From the sequence record PV730300.1: a DNA stretch of 64,000 bases; one strand, given 5' to 3'. The stretch comes from a phage. Made by a program: the position numbers and the translations under genes. The notes under the pieces were generated by a model. It was not told the origin of the DNA. It made no database searches and saw only the letters and a program-made list of their open reading frames with translations. The first letter of the stretch is position 1. Each line of letters opens with the position of its first letter. Shown here piece by piece: positions 10,947 through 20,470 of this stretch.

Positions 10947-12971
10947 ATGAATTTAACAAGACCTAATAGTGCGATAGCCGATCTGGTAGAAGCTACTTAT
11001 CGAAAACGTCGCAGCTTTGAGGCAGGTTTTACATTACGTAATTCCCGTGAAGTTTTGCTGTTAGCAGCAGAAGGGAATTATTACCAATGGAAAGGAACTT
11101 TTCCTAAAGTAGTTCCAGCAAACTCTACGCCAGCCACCACAGGTGGTATTTCTTCCCTTGCATGGCAAAGTGTTGGGACCGCTGATGATATAGCAATTAT
11201 CAATGCCAAGTTTACGGCAATGCAGCAACAGATTGATGATCTGTCGGAAACAATACCTGAAGCTGGTAAATCGGCTTATCAGATCGCACTTGATAATGGT
11301 TTTGTTGGAACAGAAGCACAATGGCTTGCTTCTTTGAAAGGGGATACTGGTGCTCAACTTAATATTAAAGGATCATTAGCAAGCACTAGTGAGCTACCAT
11401 CTACAGGTAACGTTGCAGGGGACGGTTATATCGTAGGCGATGTAATCTATGCTTGGGATGGTTCTGTTTGGAAGCTTATTTCTTCTCTTGGACCAGAAGG
11501 GAAATCAGCTTATGAGGTATGGTTGGCAGATGGTAATACAGGATCTGTTTATGATTTTCTTACCTCTATAAAAGGTGATAAAGGTGATGTTGGTCCTACA
11601 GGGCCACAGGGAGCACCTGGTGTTAACGCCAACGGTTTTGATTATCGTGGAGATTTGCCTTCTACAAGTAACTTACCACAACCTAACTCTGAAAACGTAA
11701 GCCAAGCTTATTCTATCAATGGTAATCTTTATGTCTCTAATGGGACAGCTTGGGTCAACATGGGTAATATTGTTGGTCCTCAAGGTCCACAAGGTGAGGC
11801 AGGTAAAGACGGTCTTGATGGAACAGATGGAGATGAAGGGAAATCTGCATATCAAAGTTGGCTGGATGCTGGTAATGAAGGGACAGAAGTAGATTTTATT
11901 GCCTCACTTAAAGGTCCAAAAGGAGACAAGGGTGATCAAGGAGAGCGAGGTCCACAAGGTGAACTAGGTCCACAAGGACCAGTGGGTGCAACAGGATCAG
12001 GCTTAGAGATTATCGGGGTTCTGAACAGTGAAGCTGAACTTCCTCCTACTGGAGAAGTAGGTGATGCATATAAAATTAATAATGATTTGTATGTTTGGAT
12101 TCAAGATGCTACGGAATGGATGAATGTTGGCAGTCTTGGAGGAACATCAATTACAGCTAAAGGTCATGTTCCGAACAGTGAAGCTCTCCCTGTTTATAAT
12201 AACTATGGTGATGCCTATTTAACTGAAGACACTAGTAATCTTTACATCTATACCTACGATCAAGACACCAATTCCGCATCTTTTGTTGACATGGGAAGTA
12301 TTAAAGGCGACAAAGGTGAAAAAGGGGATAAAGGAGATAAGGGTGATCCTGGAACAAACGGAACCAACGGTACTAATGGGACCAACGGTAAAGACGGCGC
12401 ACAGTGGTTTGTAGCAACAACTAATCCAGTCGCAGGTGATGGTGTTATCAATGATTACGCTTTCAACACTACCACTGGAGCAGTGTTTAAGAAAACAGAT
12501 TCTTCTACGTGGACACTTATAGGAACTCTTCCTAGTATACCAGAAGCACCTCAAGACGGCTTGACGTATGGTCGTTCTGATGGGAACTGGATCGAAATAT
12601 CAGGATCAGATCCTACAGAAGCTATAACACCAACTAAAGTTACAGCAGGTTTCATGGAACTTGAAACAACTACTGCCAACTCTGGAGCATCTTGGACTCC
12701 TTCTGGAACTTCCAATATGTATGTTGTTACAGTAACTGACGCTCTGACAGTTGGAGCATGGCCTGGTGTCACTGGCTCTACAAAGCCTAAAGCGTTTTCA
12801 GCAATGATTTATTTGATTCAAGATACAACGGGACACACGGTTACACTAGATGCGTCTTATGGAGCACTGAATGATACAGAAATAGCAACTACTGCTAACG
12901 CAGTAACAATTTTGCAATTAACGTATCCTGGTGTGGGTAATGTCGTGGACATGGTTGTTGTAACACGATAA
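10947..12971 (+). CDS. collagen-like repeat tail fiber protein (674 aa)
   Basis: Several Gly-X-Y blocks (GDKGDVGPTGPQGAPG; GPQGPQGEAGKDGLDGTDGDEG; GPKGDKGDQGERGPQGELGPQGPVGATG; GDKGEKGDKGDKGDPGTNGTNGTNGTNGKDG). Confidence 0.7.
   Translation: MNLTRPNSAIADLVEATYRKRRSFEAGFTLRNSREVLLLAAEGNYYQWKGTFPKVVPANSTPATTGGISSLAWQSVGTADDIAIINAKFTAMQQQIDDLSETIPEAGKSAYQIALDNGFVGTEAQWLASLKGDTGAQLNIKGSLASTSELPSTGNVAGDGYIVGDVIYAWDGSVWKLISSLGPEGKSAYEVWLADGNTGSVYDFLTSIKGDKGDVGPTGPQGAPGVNANGFDYRGDLPSTSNLPQPNSENVSQAYSINGNLYVSNGTAWVNMGNIVGPQGPQGEAGKDGLDGTDGDEGKSAYQSWLDAGNEGTEVDFIASLKGPKGDKGDQGERGPQGELGPQGPVGATGSGLEIIGVLNSEAELPPTGEVGDAYKINNDLYVWIQDATEWMNVGSLGGTSITAKGHVPNSEALPVYNNYGDAYLTEDTSNLYIYTYDQDTNSASFVDMGSIKGDKGEKGDKGDKGDPGTNGTNGTNGTNGKDGAQWFVATTNPVAGDGVINDYAFNTTTGAVFKKTDSSTWTLIGTLPSIPEAPQDGLTYGRSDGNWIEISGSDPTEAITPTKVTAGFMELETTTANSGASWTPSGTSNMYVVTVTDALTVGAWPGVTGSTKPKAFSAMIYLIQDTTGHTVTLDASYGALNDTEIATTANAVTILQLTYPGVGNVVDMVVVTR
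12304..12398 (+). repeat. tandem triplet-codon repeats (GXY block) inside the collagen-like fiber gene
   Basis: aaaggngan-type 9-nt units followed by four ggaaccaacgg-like units. Confidence 0.6.
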
Positions 12972-12975
12972 CAGA

Positions 12976-12999
12976 AGCCCCGAAAGGGGCTTTCTTTTT
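12976..12999 (+). terminator. rho-independent terminator
   Basis: AGCCCC-gaaa-GGGGCT hairpin followed by TTTCTTTTT. Confidence 0.65.
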
Positions 13000-13012
13000 A
13001 TGGAGGGTTTAA

Positions 13013-14773
13013 ATGTTTCCAATTCCAATATTTACTATTATGACTAGCACTGGTGTCGTTCCTCTGCCAGCAGGTATTGTTAAAAAAGTGATTACTTTAG
13101 ATTACCCAGATAACGCTGGTAATTCTAACAACAGTTTAGCAATTTTGCTTAATGATGGTAGATTGTTTACTCAAGGCGCAAACCTCTTTGGTGAGATTGC
13201 AGATGGAACTCGTAGTGCACGATTCAATAATTTCCACTTAGCTTCTACTGTAGTAGCGGACGTGTTTACCGCAGATCGTTGTTTTGTTATTAAAACTAAC
13301 AGTGGTGGATGGCAATATTCAGGATTGACAGCAGGGTTGGTAGGATCTATAGCAGCAGGTGGTACGGATGCATGTGTAACTACTTGGACCAGCTTTCCAT
13401 CTGTAATAACAGGGACTATTTCTTTAGCCAATCTTAAAGAGGTTAAAGGAGGGTATAACAATACTCTCTGGTTAATGAATAGTGGTGTTCTTTATGGATC
13501 GGGTCAAAACACAGTAGGTAGTTTAGGTGCAAGCACTACTAACGAAGTTTCTACTCCTCGTCAGATAACAAGCGCAGCAGTTGCTTTTGATGCAGGTTAC
13601 AACCAATGCTCTTATGTCAACAATGTGGGAACCTTGCGTGTTTGTGGAGCTAGTAAAGGTTTAGCAGGTAATAATAACACAACAACAGCTTTTGTCAATG
13701 CCAAGATATCCACTACTGAAACAGTGTATGTCAAAGATTACATCAATACAGTTTCCCAGACAATAGTTGTAGGAGATACCTCCGGTGGCACGGGTACAGT
13801 AAACTACTTATATGTTAGATCTAATACAGAAACAACCTACACTAAACTGGACACCTTTGCAGCAGGTTTTTCAACATGGAAATTTCCACCAAGCCGCCAC
13901 TCTTTTTTCGTTGGGATCAATAATTCCTTGTGGGCTATTGGTAAGAACTATACGGCAAACTTAGGTTTGGGATATGATTCTGCGAGCGGAGATCCACTCC
14001 AAGTGGGAAAACCAGTTAAACCTGAAGGAGTGGGTTCCTGGGATATAAACAAGCTCACAAGCGTTCATACGCTGAATATGGATATTACTAACCAATTAGG
14101 TTATCAAGGAACCTTTTTCGTTTATAACGGGAATATGTATTATTCCGGTATTTGGAAAGATGGGAAAGCCTCGTATCTGTTCAATAGTGGTCTAAACTAT
14201 AATAAATTCACACCAATAGCAAGCTCTGTGATTACAGGGGATGTGCTGGCGACTAGCTTAACTACAGATTCTTTAGGAATTTGTATTGTAGGTGGAACTA
14301 AACAGTTGACACATTCTGTTAGCCCAGAAGGAGGTAAACTTTTCAATATTAAATACACTTCTTCTGCCCCTGCAAACATGACAATATCATCTACTGGTTT
14401 AATGACTTTCCATGCAGAAGGTGGTTTTGATGCAGGTATGACAGCCTTAAACGCTGAAGGAACAATTTTATCAGATACCTCTGGAGGATATGCTTCAACA
14501 TTGAGTGTTTACACCCCTAGCTTATCTGCGATGGATGTAGGAACAACACAAACAATGGTAGCAGAAATAACGCCAACAGGGGCAGCAAGCTTACCTGGTA
14601 TGGTTGTTGAGTATACCACTACAGATCCTAGTGTTGCTACAGTAGATCCTACAACTGGTGTAATAACTGGTGTTGGTGACGGTGGTTGTAGGATTGGTTG
14701 CACAGCTACGTATCAAGGTGTTGTTACCGCTTCTGATAGTTCTTATTTAACGGTGAATGCTGTTGCGGGATAA
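13013..14773 (+). CDS. tail fiber / receptor-binding protein with C-terminal Ig-like (Big_2-type) domain (586 aa)
   Basis: C-terminus (...TTDPSVATVDPTTGVITGVGDGG...YQGVVTASDSSYLTVNAV) matches bacterial Ig-like group 2 pattern; last gene of tail block. Confidence 0.55.
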   Translation: MFPIPIFTIMTSTGVVPLPAGIVKKVITLDYPDNAGNSNNSLAILLNDGRLFTQGANLFGEIADGTRSARFNNFHLASTVVADVFTADRCFVIKTNSGGWQYSGLTAGLVGSIAAGGTDACVTTWTSFPSVITGTISLANLKEVKGGYNNTLWLMNSGVLYGSGQNTVGSLGASTTNEVSTPRQITSAAVAFDAGYNQCSYVNNVGTLRVCGASKGLAGNNNTTTAFVNAKISTTETVYVKDYINTVSQTIVVGDTSGGTGTVNYLYVRSNTETTYTKLDTFAAGFSTWKFPPSRHSFFVGINNSLWAIGKNYTANLGLGYDSASGDPLQVGKPVKPEGVGSWDINKLTSVHTLNMDITNQLGYQGTFFVYNGNMYYSGIWKDGKASYLFNSGLNYNKFTPIASSVITGDVLATSLTTDSLGICIVGGTKQLTHSVSPEGGKLFNIKYTSSAPANMTISSTGLMTFHAEGGFDAGMTALNAEGTILSDTSGGYASTLSVYTPSLSAMDVGTTQTMVAEITPTGAASLPGMVVEYTTTDPSVATVDPTTGVITGVGDGGCRIGCTATYQGVVTASDSSYLTVNAVAG

Positions 14774-14778
14774 GAAAA

Positions 14779-14804
14779 GGAGCCAAATGGCTCCTTTCTT
14801 TTAT
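14779..14804. terminator. bidirectional terminator between convergent gene blocks
   Basis: GGAGCC-aaat-GGCTCC hairpin flanked by A-run upstream and T-run downstream; lies between the plus-strand tail block and the minus-strand replication block. Confidence 0.6.
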
Positions 14805-15295
14805 TCAGCGTTCAACCCTTCCCCATGTTCTTGATGCCAAGCTTCATGGTGCAGAGGACACAGCCATAGAACATCTAACGGTTTATCATAATCACAATGA
14901 TGAGCATGAACATCAACAGACCCACACACTTGGCAAGGTTGTTTTATTAACTTTCCATCTCGGAGTGCGTTACCTACAGCTATATGAGCAGAACGTTTTT
15001 TCGGATTCTTTTCGATGTAACGTTTCTTAGCTTCATTAGCCTTATCTTTACCTTTCCCTTTTGCGTAAGCCTCTTTTAAAGCTTTGCGCTCTGGGGTCTG
15101 ATCTCTGTTTTTATCATACTCTTTGTAATATTCAGATTTATCTTTACGATTCTGTTTAACATCTTTCTTATTACATTCTTTGCATTTATTGACGTGACCG
15201 TCAGCCATAGCTTTATGTTTGTAAAATTCAGTGAGGGGCTTTAACACCCCACACTTGAAACAAACCTTAGAAGCAATGCAGGAAGTTTCGACCAT
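14801..15295 (-). CDS. HNH endonuclease (start uncertain; ATG at 15295 chosen)
   Basis: C-terminal CQVCGSVDVHAHHCDYDKPLDVLWLCPLHHEAWH is an HNH motif with zinc-ligand cysteines; the longest ORF (to 15493) overlaps the upstream gene and is probably over-extended. Confidence 0.6.
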   Translation of the reverse strand: MVETSCIASKVCFKCGVLKPLTEFYKHKAMADGHVNKCKECNKKDVKQNRKDKSEYYKEYDKNRDQTPERKALKEAYAKGKGKDKANEAKKRYIEKNPKKRSAHIAVGNALRDGKLIKQPCQVCGSVDVHAHHCDYDKPLDVLWLCPLHHEAWHQEHGEGLNAE

Positions 15296-16196
15296 ATTGC
15301 AGTCCAATAGGGGCAAAAGGAATATCTTCATCGAAGTCCATTGGAGGTTCTTCTTGATTACTTGGAGTTGGTTCTGGTTGTGGTTCAGGTTTCTTAACTT
15401 CTTTCTTCTCTTCTTTCTTAGGTTGTTCTGCGGAACCACGGATGGCAGCAGCAACTTTATCAGACAGAGCCAGAACTTTACGAGCAGAGTCAATCAGATC
15501 TTCTACAGATACAGTCTTAATGGTATGGTCTTTACAAGCATTGAGGATAGCGTGACCAACAGATGCCCCAAGATCATAATCATTAATATCAACGCCACGA
15601 GATTCAGCAATTTCCGATTTCAGTGTGACAGTTGCAGATTGAACAACCCCAGCGATATCGAAAGCATCGCCTTTAACACCATTACGAATCAGTTCCAGTG
15701 CACCATTTACTGCGTGACCAGTTTCCAGACCTACAGTATCACGTTTTTTATAGGATTGCTTAGGAGCATCGTTGGAACCTTTATTGCCAGAAGATTTGTT
15801 AGACTTCTGAACACCATCGGTAGACAATACTGTAATACGAGATTTTTTAGTATTGTAGTAAGTCTTACCGCCTTTATTATCAACGCGATCAATATCAATA
15901 CTTACTTCTACACCTTTTTCAATAGTGATCCAATTATCACCTTCTTTGACTTGCAGGTTTTCATAACCTTCTTTCAGTTCAATGTCACCAAGAGAAATCC
16001 AAACACCTTTCTCATCTGGTTTAGCACCTTTCTCTTTCAGAACAAGAGAAGCTCGGTGAGTTGAAACAATCGTTTTTCCTTCCCAATGAAAAGTTTTAGG
16101 TTCAGCGAATTTATCCAGTTTAACGTAGTCTACGATACCAGTTGCATAAGTTACGGTTTTGCCTTTACGATCAGTTTCAGTATTAATTACGGACAT
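15267..16196 (-). CDS. putative single-stranded DNA-binding protein (309 aa)
   Basis: Basic/Gly-rich linker then acidic DFDEDIPF motif resembling the bacterial SSB C-terminal tip; strong AGAGGAGA RBS; in replication module. Confidence 0.5.
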   Translation of the reverse strand: MSVINTETDRKGKTVTYATGIVDYVKLDKFAEPKTFHWEGKTIVSTHRASLVLKEKGAKPDEKGVWISLGDIELKEGYENLQVKEGDNWITIEKGVEVSIDIDRVDNKGGKTYYNTKKSRITVLSTDGVQKSNKSSGNKGSNDAPKQSYKKRDTVGLETGHAVNGALELIRNGVKGDAFDIAGVVQSATVTLKSEIAESRGVDINDYDLGASVGHAILNACKDHTIKTVSVEDLIDSARKVLALSDKVAAAIRGSAEQPKKEEKKEVKKPEPQPEPTPSNQEEPPMDFDEDIPFAPIGLQYGRNFLHCF

Positions 16197-16212
16197 TATT
16201 ATCTCCTCTATA

Positions 16213-16605
16213 TTACATTAATTTTGCACAGAAAGAGCGGAGTCTTTCCATATCATCTTGCTCTAACAGGTATTTACCTTTACCTATTCCAACTCCAATT
16301 TCACCATTAGGAAAATGAACTATTTGCACTGGGAAACCTCCGAGTTTAATTGTGGCAGCTTTGCCTTCTTCGTCTATAACGTTTCGGATTGTATCTTGCA
16401 GTGAAATGAATTCTTTGTTTGTAACAGTGGTTTCAATTATTTCAGATGTTTCAACACGAGCAGTTAGCTTCTTGTTTCCACCTTGAATAACCAAAATTTG
16501 AAAATAAAAAGAGTTGTCAAGACCTACAACATTTTTCTCAACTAGTGTCAAACTGGTATAGTTTCCATAAACAGTTTCAACAGCTATCTTAGAACGTTCA
16601 GTCAT
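16213..16605 (-). CDS. hypothetical protein (130 aa)
   Basis: ORF in co-directional block; no motif recognised. Confidence 0.45.
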   Translation of the reverse strand: MTERSKIAVETVYGNYTSLTLVEKNVVGLDNSFYFQILVIQGGNKKLTARVETSEIIETTVTNKEFISLQDTIRNVIDEEGKAATIKLGGFPVQIVHFPNGEIGVGIGKGKYLLEQDDMERLRSFCAKLM

Positions 16606-16650
16606 TGAATGCTATCCTATCATAAAATGTTTAATATTGTCAAGCTTTAA

Positions 16651-17244
16651 TTACCAAGGAATATCATCTTCTTCCAATCTGGCATCTACTTGAGGTGGAC
16701 GTGGAACCTTAACCTCTTTCACAAAACGAAGATATGGGAAACGTGTAGCAATTTTAATAACATGTTTGGCATCTTCTCTAACATCTTTGTGCAAGAAGCA
16801 GATCCCTGTTTCCAAGGTTGTTTCAAAATCTTTAGAATAATAACAGTCCTTCCCATCAAATGCAGCCTGGCAGATGGACAGATCGAACTCATTTAGAAAG
16901 GTTGTCATTACGCTTGGTTCCATAATCATAAGGTTGCAAAGCTGACCATCACGTTCAAACTCAAAAACGTGTTTAAGACCAGTAACACCTTCATAATTGT
17001 CAGAAGCCTCTTTGTTTCCTAGTTTACGAATATTGGTTCCCATTAAAGCAGATGCAATTAATCCTTGTATTTGTTCTTCAGTCTGATGTGCAGGAAGGGA
17101 TGTATAGAAATCCAGATCACGTCCAGCAATATCAAGAATACGCCAATCACGAACAGCACCGCCAGCCAAGACAGAATTAGGATCAGCGATCTTTAATACG
17201 GTAAGAATCTCTTTGGCAATATTGATTTGTTTTGATTTAGTCAT
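16651..17244 (-). CDS. minimal nucleotidyltransferase-fold protein (197 aa), CCA-adding-enzyme-like head domain
   Basis: LAGGAVRD...DLD matches the GGxVRD / DxD signature of class II tRNA nucleotidyltransferase / poly(A) polymerase heads; C-terminus ends EEDDIPW. Confidence 0.45.
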   Translation of the reverse strand: MTKSKQINIAKEILTVLKIADPNSVLAGGAVRDWRILDIAGRDLDFYTSLPAHQTEEQIQGLIASALMGTNIRKLGNKEASDNYEGVTGLKHVFEFERDGQLCNLMIMEPSVMTTFLNEFDLSICQAAFDGKDCYYSKDFETTLETGICFLHKDVREDAKHVIKIATRFPYLRFVKEVKVPRPPQVDARLEEDDIPW

Positions 17245-17455
17245 TGATACGCTCCACAGTTACTTTTACAACATCGTCCATATTAATCTCATCCCCCAAG
17301 ACCTCAATAACACCTTCCTCATAAAGTCGAGCACATTCTTCCCACACTTCAGCTTCCGTCATTCCACCTGCAATCTTATTTGCAAGACCTTTAATAACAT
17401 CTTCATTTTGTTCATCAACAAGAATTGAAACATTAAAGCTCACTAATTTACGCAT
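17237..17455 (-). CDS. hypothetical protein (72 aa)
   Basis: AAGGAG RBS upstream of ATG; no motif recognised. Confidence 0.45.
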   Translation of the reverse strand: MRKLVSFNVSILVDEQNEDVIKGLANKIAGGMTEAEVWEECARLYEEGVIEVLGDEINMDDVVKVTVERIND

Positions 17456-17465
17456 TGTTTTCTCC

Positions 17466-17633
17466 TTATACTTCTAAACGGAAAGTTTCTTTAGATACAA
17501 AATCGTATCCACCTTTTTCAAGCCAGTTATTGTAAACCTCATCGGCTTGAGACTCTATCATAAAATACCGAGTGGTAACTTCGTCTCCGACAATACGCAC
17601 AATTTTATAGCAAATCATGATACCATTTCCCAT
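17466..17633 (-). CDS. small hypothetical protein (55 aa), not in ORF track
   Basis: ATG overlaps the stop of the upstream gene (TAATG); fills an otherwise empty 170-nt gap. Confidence 0.35.
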   Translation of the reverse strand: MGNGIMICYKIVRIVGDEVTTRYFMIESQADEVYNNWLEKGGYDFVSKETFRLEV

Positions 17634-17824
17634 TAATCTTCCTCCAGATCAATTTCATTGTAACAATGTATGCAGAAACCATCATTGTGCATATGTTGTT
17701 CATAAGACATATCTTTACCACAAGACCAACAACGGATATCCCCATCGTCCCATTCACGTTCTTCTTCACCTTCAAATTCATCTGGTAGGTAAGGCATACC
17801 AAGACAATCTAAATCGTAATGCAT
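17633..17824 (-). CDS. small zinc-ribbon protein (63 aa)
   Basis: CWSCG...CIHC cysteine pairs; GGAGGAG RBS. Confidence 0.45.
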   Translation of the reverse strand: MHYDLDCLGMPYLPDEFEGEEEREWDDGDIRCWSCGKDMSYEQHMHNDGFCIHCYNEIDLEED

Positions 17825-17837
17825 ATCTCCTCCTATA

Positions 17838-17855
17838 AAGGGGCAGAAGCCCCTT
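17838..17855 (-). other. stem-loop between DNA polymerase and downstream gene (possible attenuator or processing site)
   Basis: AAGGGGC-agaa-GCCCCTT hairpin; no clear U tract on either strand. Confidence 0.3.
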
Positions 17856-17872
17856 ATAAAACAATGAGTTAA

Positions 17873-20470
17873 CTAGTGACAGGACGCCCAGGAATTACCC
17901 ACATCATACCCAGCAGTAAGCTGAACATTAAGATTGTAAAATTCTCCAGCCTTAGTAACAGCTAAAGCAGCAAGTTCACCTGCCCGACTATAAGCTGTAA
18001 ACCATCCACCTTTGGGAGATTCATGAATGTTAGCCCAAATTTGCCCTGTCTCTTTTTCCTTATTATGCTTCCATTCTTCGACTTTAGCAAGGCATTCTTT
18101 ATCAATTTTCTTTTGTTCTTCAGGATCGTCTACTTTCTTCCAACCTAATGATTCAGGTGAAAACCATTTAAATTCTACAAGGTTACGAGAAACTTCAAGC
18201 TGGGCTTCATCGTGATATGCAATCATTTGTTGCACGAAATCTTTATTCTTCCAGTCATCTTTAAAGAAGTCAACACTTAATCCTTCTTCTTCGATCATGT
18301 CGTCATAAATAACCATTGCACGTTTAGCACAGATAACCCCACCACTTTGGAACAGAGAGTTAAGAATCGCGTGAGCAGAACGAGTAGGAACCTTACGACC
18401 GTCAATACCCAAAACATATTGTTTACCAGTCTTAACCCAGAAATCGTTTAAACGTTCTTTAAGACGCGCCAATGGGAATGCAGCTTCCCAGAAAGCATCG
18501 AACACCAATTGACCTGTAAACTTATCGCTACCAATTGTTTTAGCAACCTTGTCGGCTTGTGCACCATAGGTAATACCATACTTAACAGATTTAGCAGGAC
18601 TACGTTCAAATTTACGTCCAATAGTTTCAGTGATACGTTTTGCCATCATTGTGTGAACATCGTTAGGTTTCTCTAACAACAGAGCGTTACAATATTCGTG
18701 TGGCTCCGGCTCGTACCGCCAACAGTAGTGTGATTCAATTTTTGCTTCCAAAGAGTCGAAGTCGTAGCCGATCTGGAAGTATTTAGGAACCTCCACACCA
18801 AACAAGTTACGCATCTCCCATCCAAACAAAGATGTGACACGAGGAATATTAGCTACAGATCTATGCTTCATACGAGAGGTTGCAGCATCACATGTAGCGG
18901 CTGGGGTAGGAATACGACCATCCGCCCTTACTGCGGCTAAGAAACCTTTATCGTATTCTTGATCTTCCTCATCTTCTTCCCAATCAGCACCACCACCTAA
19001 AATAGAATTCCTACGATGCTTATACGTTAAGTATTCTACAATCTGTGTAGCATAAGGGAATTTCTCACCCAAAGCTTGCAGGTTAGGACAGATTTCTTTT
19101 TCCTGACCTTTGGTAAAGCATGGGTTAGTCAATACTTTAAGACCGCGACCTTTACCTTTTGCTATACGCTCTTGAATCTTCCTCTCCAAGGTTTCCGGTG
19201 TGCACTCCAGATGATCACAACGATCCTGACAAAAATTAGAAGATAGAGTTTGCTCAACGTAAGCTCGAATACCTTTCTGAAGTTCTTCCTCGCTCTTTTT
19301 AATCTTGGTGCCAGATTTAAGAGTCAAGTCTTTATCTTTATATTCAGACGGTACCCAACCTAATCCTACAAGCCAGTTTTTAATATGGGTAGTATCGTTC
19401 AATGTTGCAGGTATGTTAGGATCACACAAAGGCTCATCTGCTGCAACTGGCAGTTTCCACTCTTTCCCCAACATCACTAACCACCAATCTCCATCCCTCT
19501 CTTCCAAATGACCATCATGTTTCTTAGCAAAATTGATCATATGGTTAGTTGGCTCTAAGTTCTTTTTAATTTGCAACTTAGGTGGAATAAAAGCCTTAAG
19601 ATAACCTTTTGTTGCTGGTTTAGGTGGCAAAATAGGCTCAACGAGTAAACGAAGACGCTCCATTTCTGCATCCAAAAAAGCAAGGTTCTCTTCTGCTTGC
19701 TTCATGTTAAAAGCAAACCCACGGTGTTCCTGGCGTGTAATAATGTCTGCTACACGTTGTTCAAGTTCAAATGGACCTTCCCATTTATCATAATCGCCCC
19801 ATTCTTCCATAAGGTAATTATATACGCTCGTATTGGCTTTGTTGTCATAGATACAGTAATAAAGCATATCCGCAGCAAAAGTCTTAAATCGATCTTCTTC
19901 TGGAATCTCTTTACGGAAATCTATTTTTACATCACCACCTGCCTTTCGAGAAAGTGCTGCCAAACTATGTCCTGATTTGCCCTCAATCTTTCGATCTGGG
20001 TTTAACACTTTACTCAAAATCAAGGAGTCAATAAGTTTTACCTTATTTTTGCCCCACGTGTTATATTTAACACTGTAATCTAAGCCATAAAACAGTTTTG
20101 TAGCCAACCAGTCGTAGTTGATACCGTTGTGAGCCACAGCCATTTCAACCAGATATTCAGGCTTATCTTTAAAATAACCTTCATGATTAATAAAGTCTGG
20201 GAAATCTTTTAGTTGAAAATGTGTGTAATCTTGCGCCACATATTCTTTAAGAACATATGTGTATTTACCATCTGACTCTTCATAAGGACGCCCATCAAAG
20301 ATGTATTTAGGGCCATCGTGGAAAGCTACTATTTCTCCTGTTTCATGGTTCTCTAAGACAATACAGTGCATTTGAAATGTGTCTTTGAGACGATAAGGAC
20401 TAGCTAAATAATCGATAGTGTCATTATTCAACAATCCGTTTGCTTCAATATCCCATGTAAACTTACTCAC
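17873..20470 (-). CDS. family-A DNA polymerase with 3'-5' exonuclease domain (865 aa)
   Basis: N-terminal WDIEANGL exo motif; GIDGRKVPTRSAHAILNSLFQSGGVICAKRAM and the C-terminal ...NSWASCH tail align by eye with T7 gp5-type polymerases. Confidence 0.9.
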   Translation of the reverse strand: MSKFTWDIEANGLLNNDTIDYLASPYRLKDTFQMHCIVLENHETGEIVAFHDGPKYIFDGRPYEESDGKYTYVLKEYVAQDYTHFQLKDFPDFINHEGYFKDKPEYLVEMAVAHNGINYDWLATKLFYGLDYSVKYNTWGKNKVKLIDSLILSKVLNPDRKIEGKSGHSLAALSRKAGGDVKIDFRKEIPEEDRFKTFAADMLYYCIYDNKANTSVYNYLMEEWGDYDKWEGPFELEQRVADIITRQEHRGFAFNMKQAEENLAFLDAEMERLRLLVEPILPPKPATKGYLKAFIPPKLQIKKNLEPTNHMINFAKKHDGHLEERDGDWWLVMLGKEWKLPVAADEPLCDPNIPATLNDTTHIKNWLVGLGWVPSEYKDKDLTLKSGTKIKKSEEELQKGIRAYVEQTLSSNFCQDRCDHLECTPETLERKIQERIAKGKGRGLKVLTNPCFTKGQEKEICPNLQALGEKFPYATQIVEYLTYKHRRNSILGGGADWEEDEEDQEYDKGFLAAVRADGRIPTPAATCDAATSRMKHRSVANIPRVTSLFGWEMRNLFGVEVPKYFQIGYDFDSLEAKIESHYCWRYEPEPHEYCNALLLEKPNDVHTMMAKRITETIGRKFERSPAKSVKYGITYGAQADKVAKTIGSDKFTGQLVFDAFWEAAFPLARLKERLNDFWVKTGKQYVLGIDGRKVPTRSAHAILNSLFQSGGVICAKRAMVIYDDMIEEEGLSVDFFKDDWKNKDFVQQMIAYHDEAQLEVSRNLVEFKWFSPESLGWKKVDDPEEQKKIDKECLAKVEEWKHNKEKETGQIWANIHESPKGGWFTAYSRAGELAALAVTKAGEFYNLNVQLTAGYDVGNSWASCH

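Noticed and set aside
12260-12451. Minus-strand ORF encoding PLVPLVPLVPFVPGSPLSPLSPFSPLSPL
   Set aside because: It is the reverse-complement reading of the collagen GXY codon repeats in the fiber gene.
14801-15493. Full-length 230-aa form of the HNH ORF
   Set aside because: The N-terminal 65 codons overlap the 3' end of the SSB gene in another frame and contain a poly-Lys/Arg low-complexity run; an internal ATG is the more likely start, though this is not proven.
15231-16064. 277-aa plus-strand ORF antisense to the SSB gene
   Set aside because: Low-complexity, Phe/Leu-rich translation, no RBS, and opposite to a well-supported gene; typical antisense shadow ORF.
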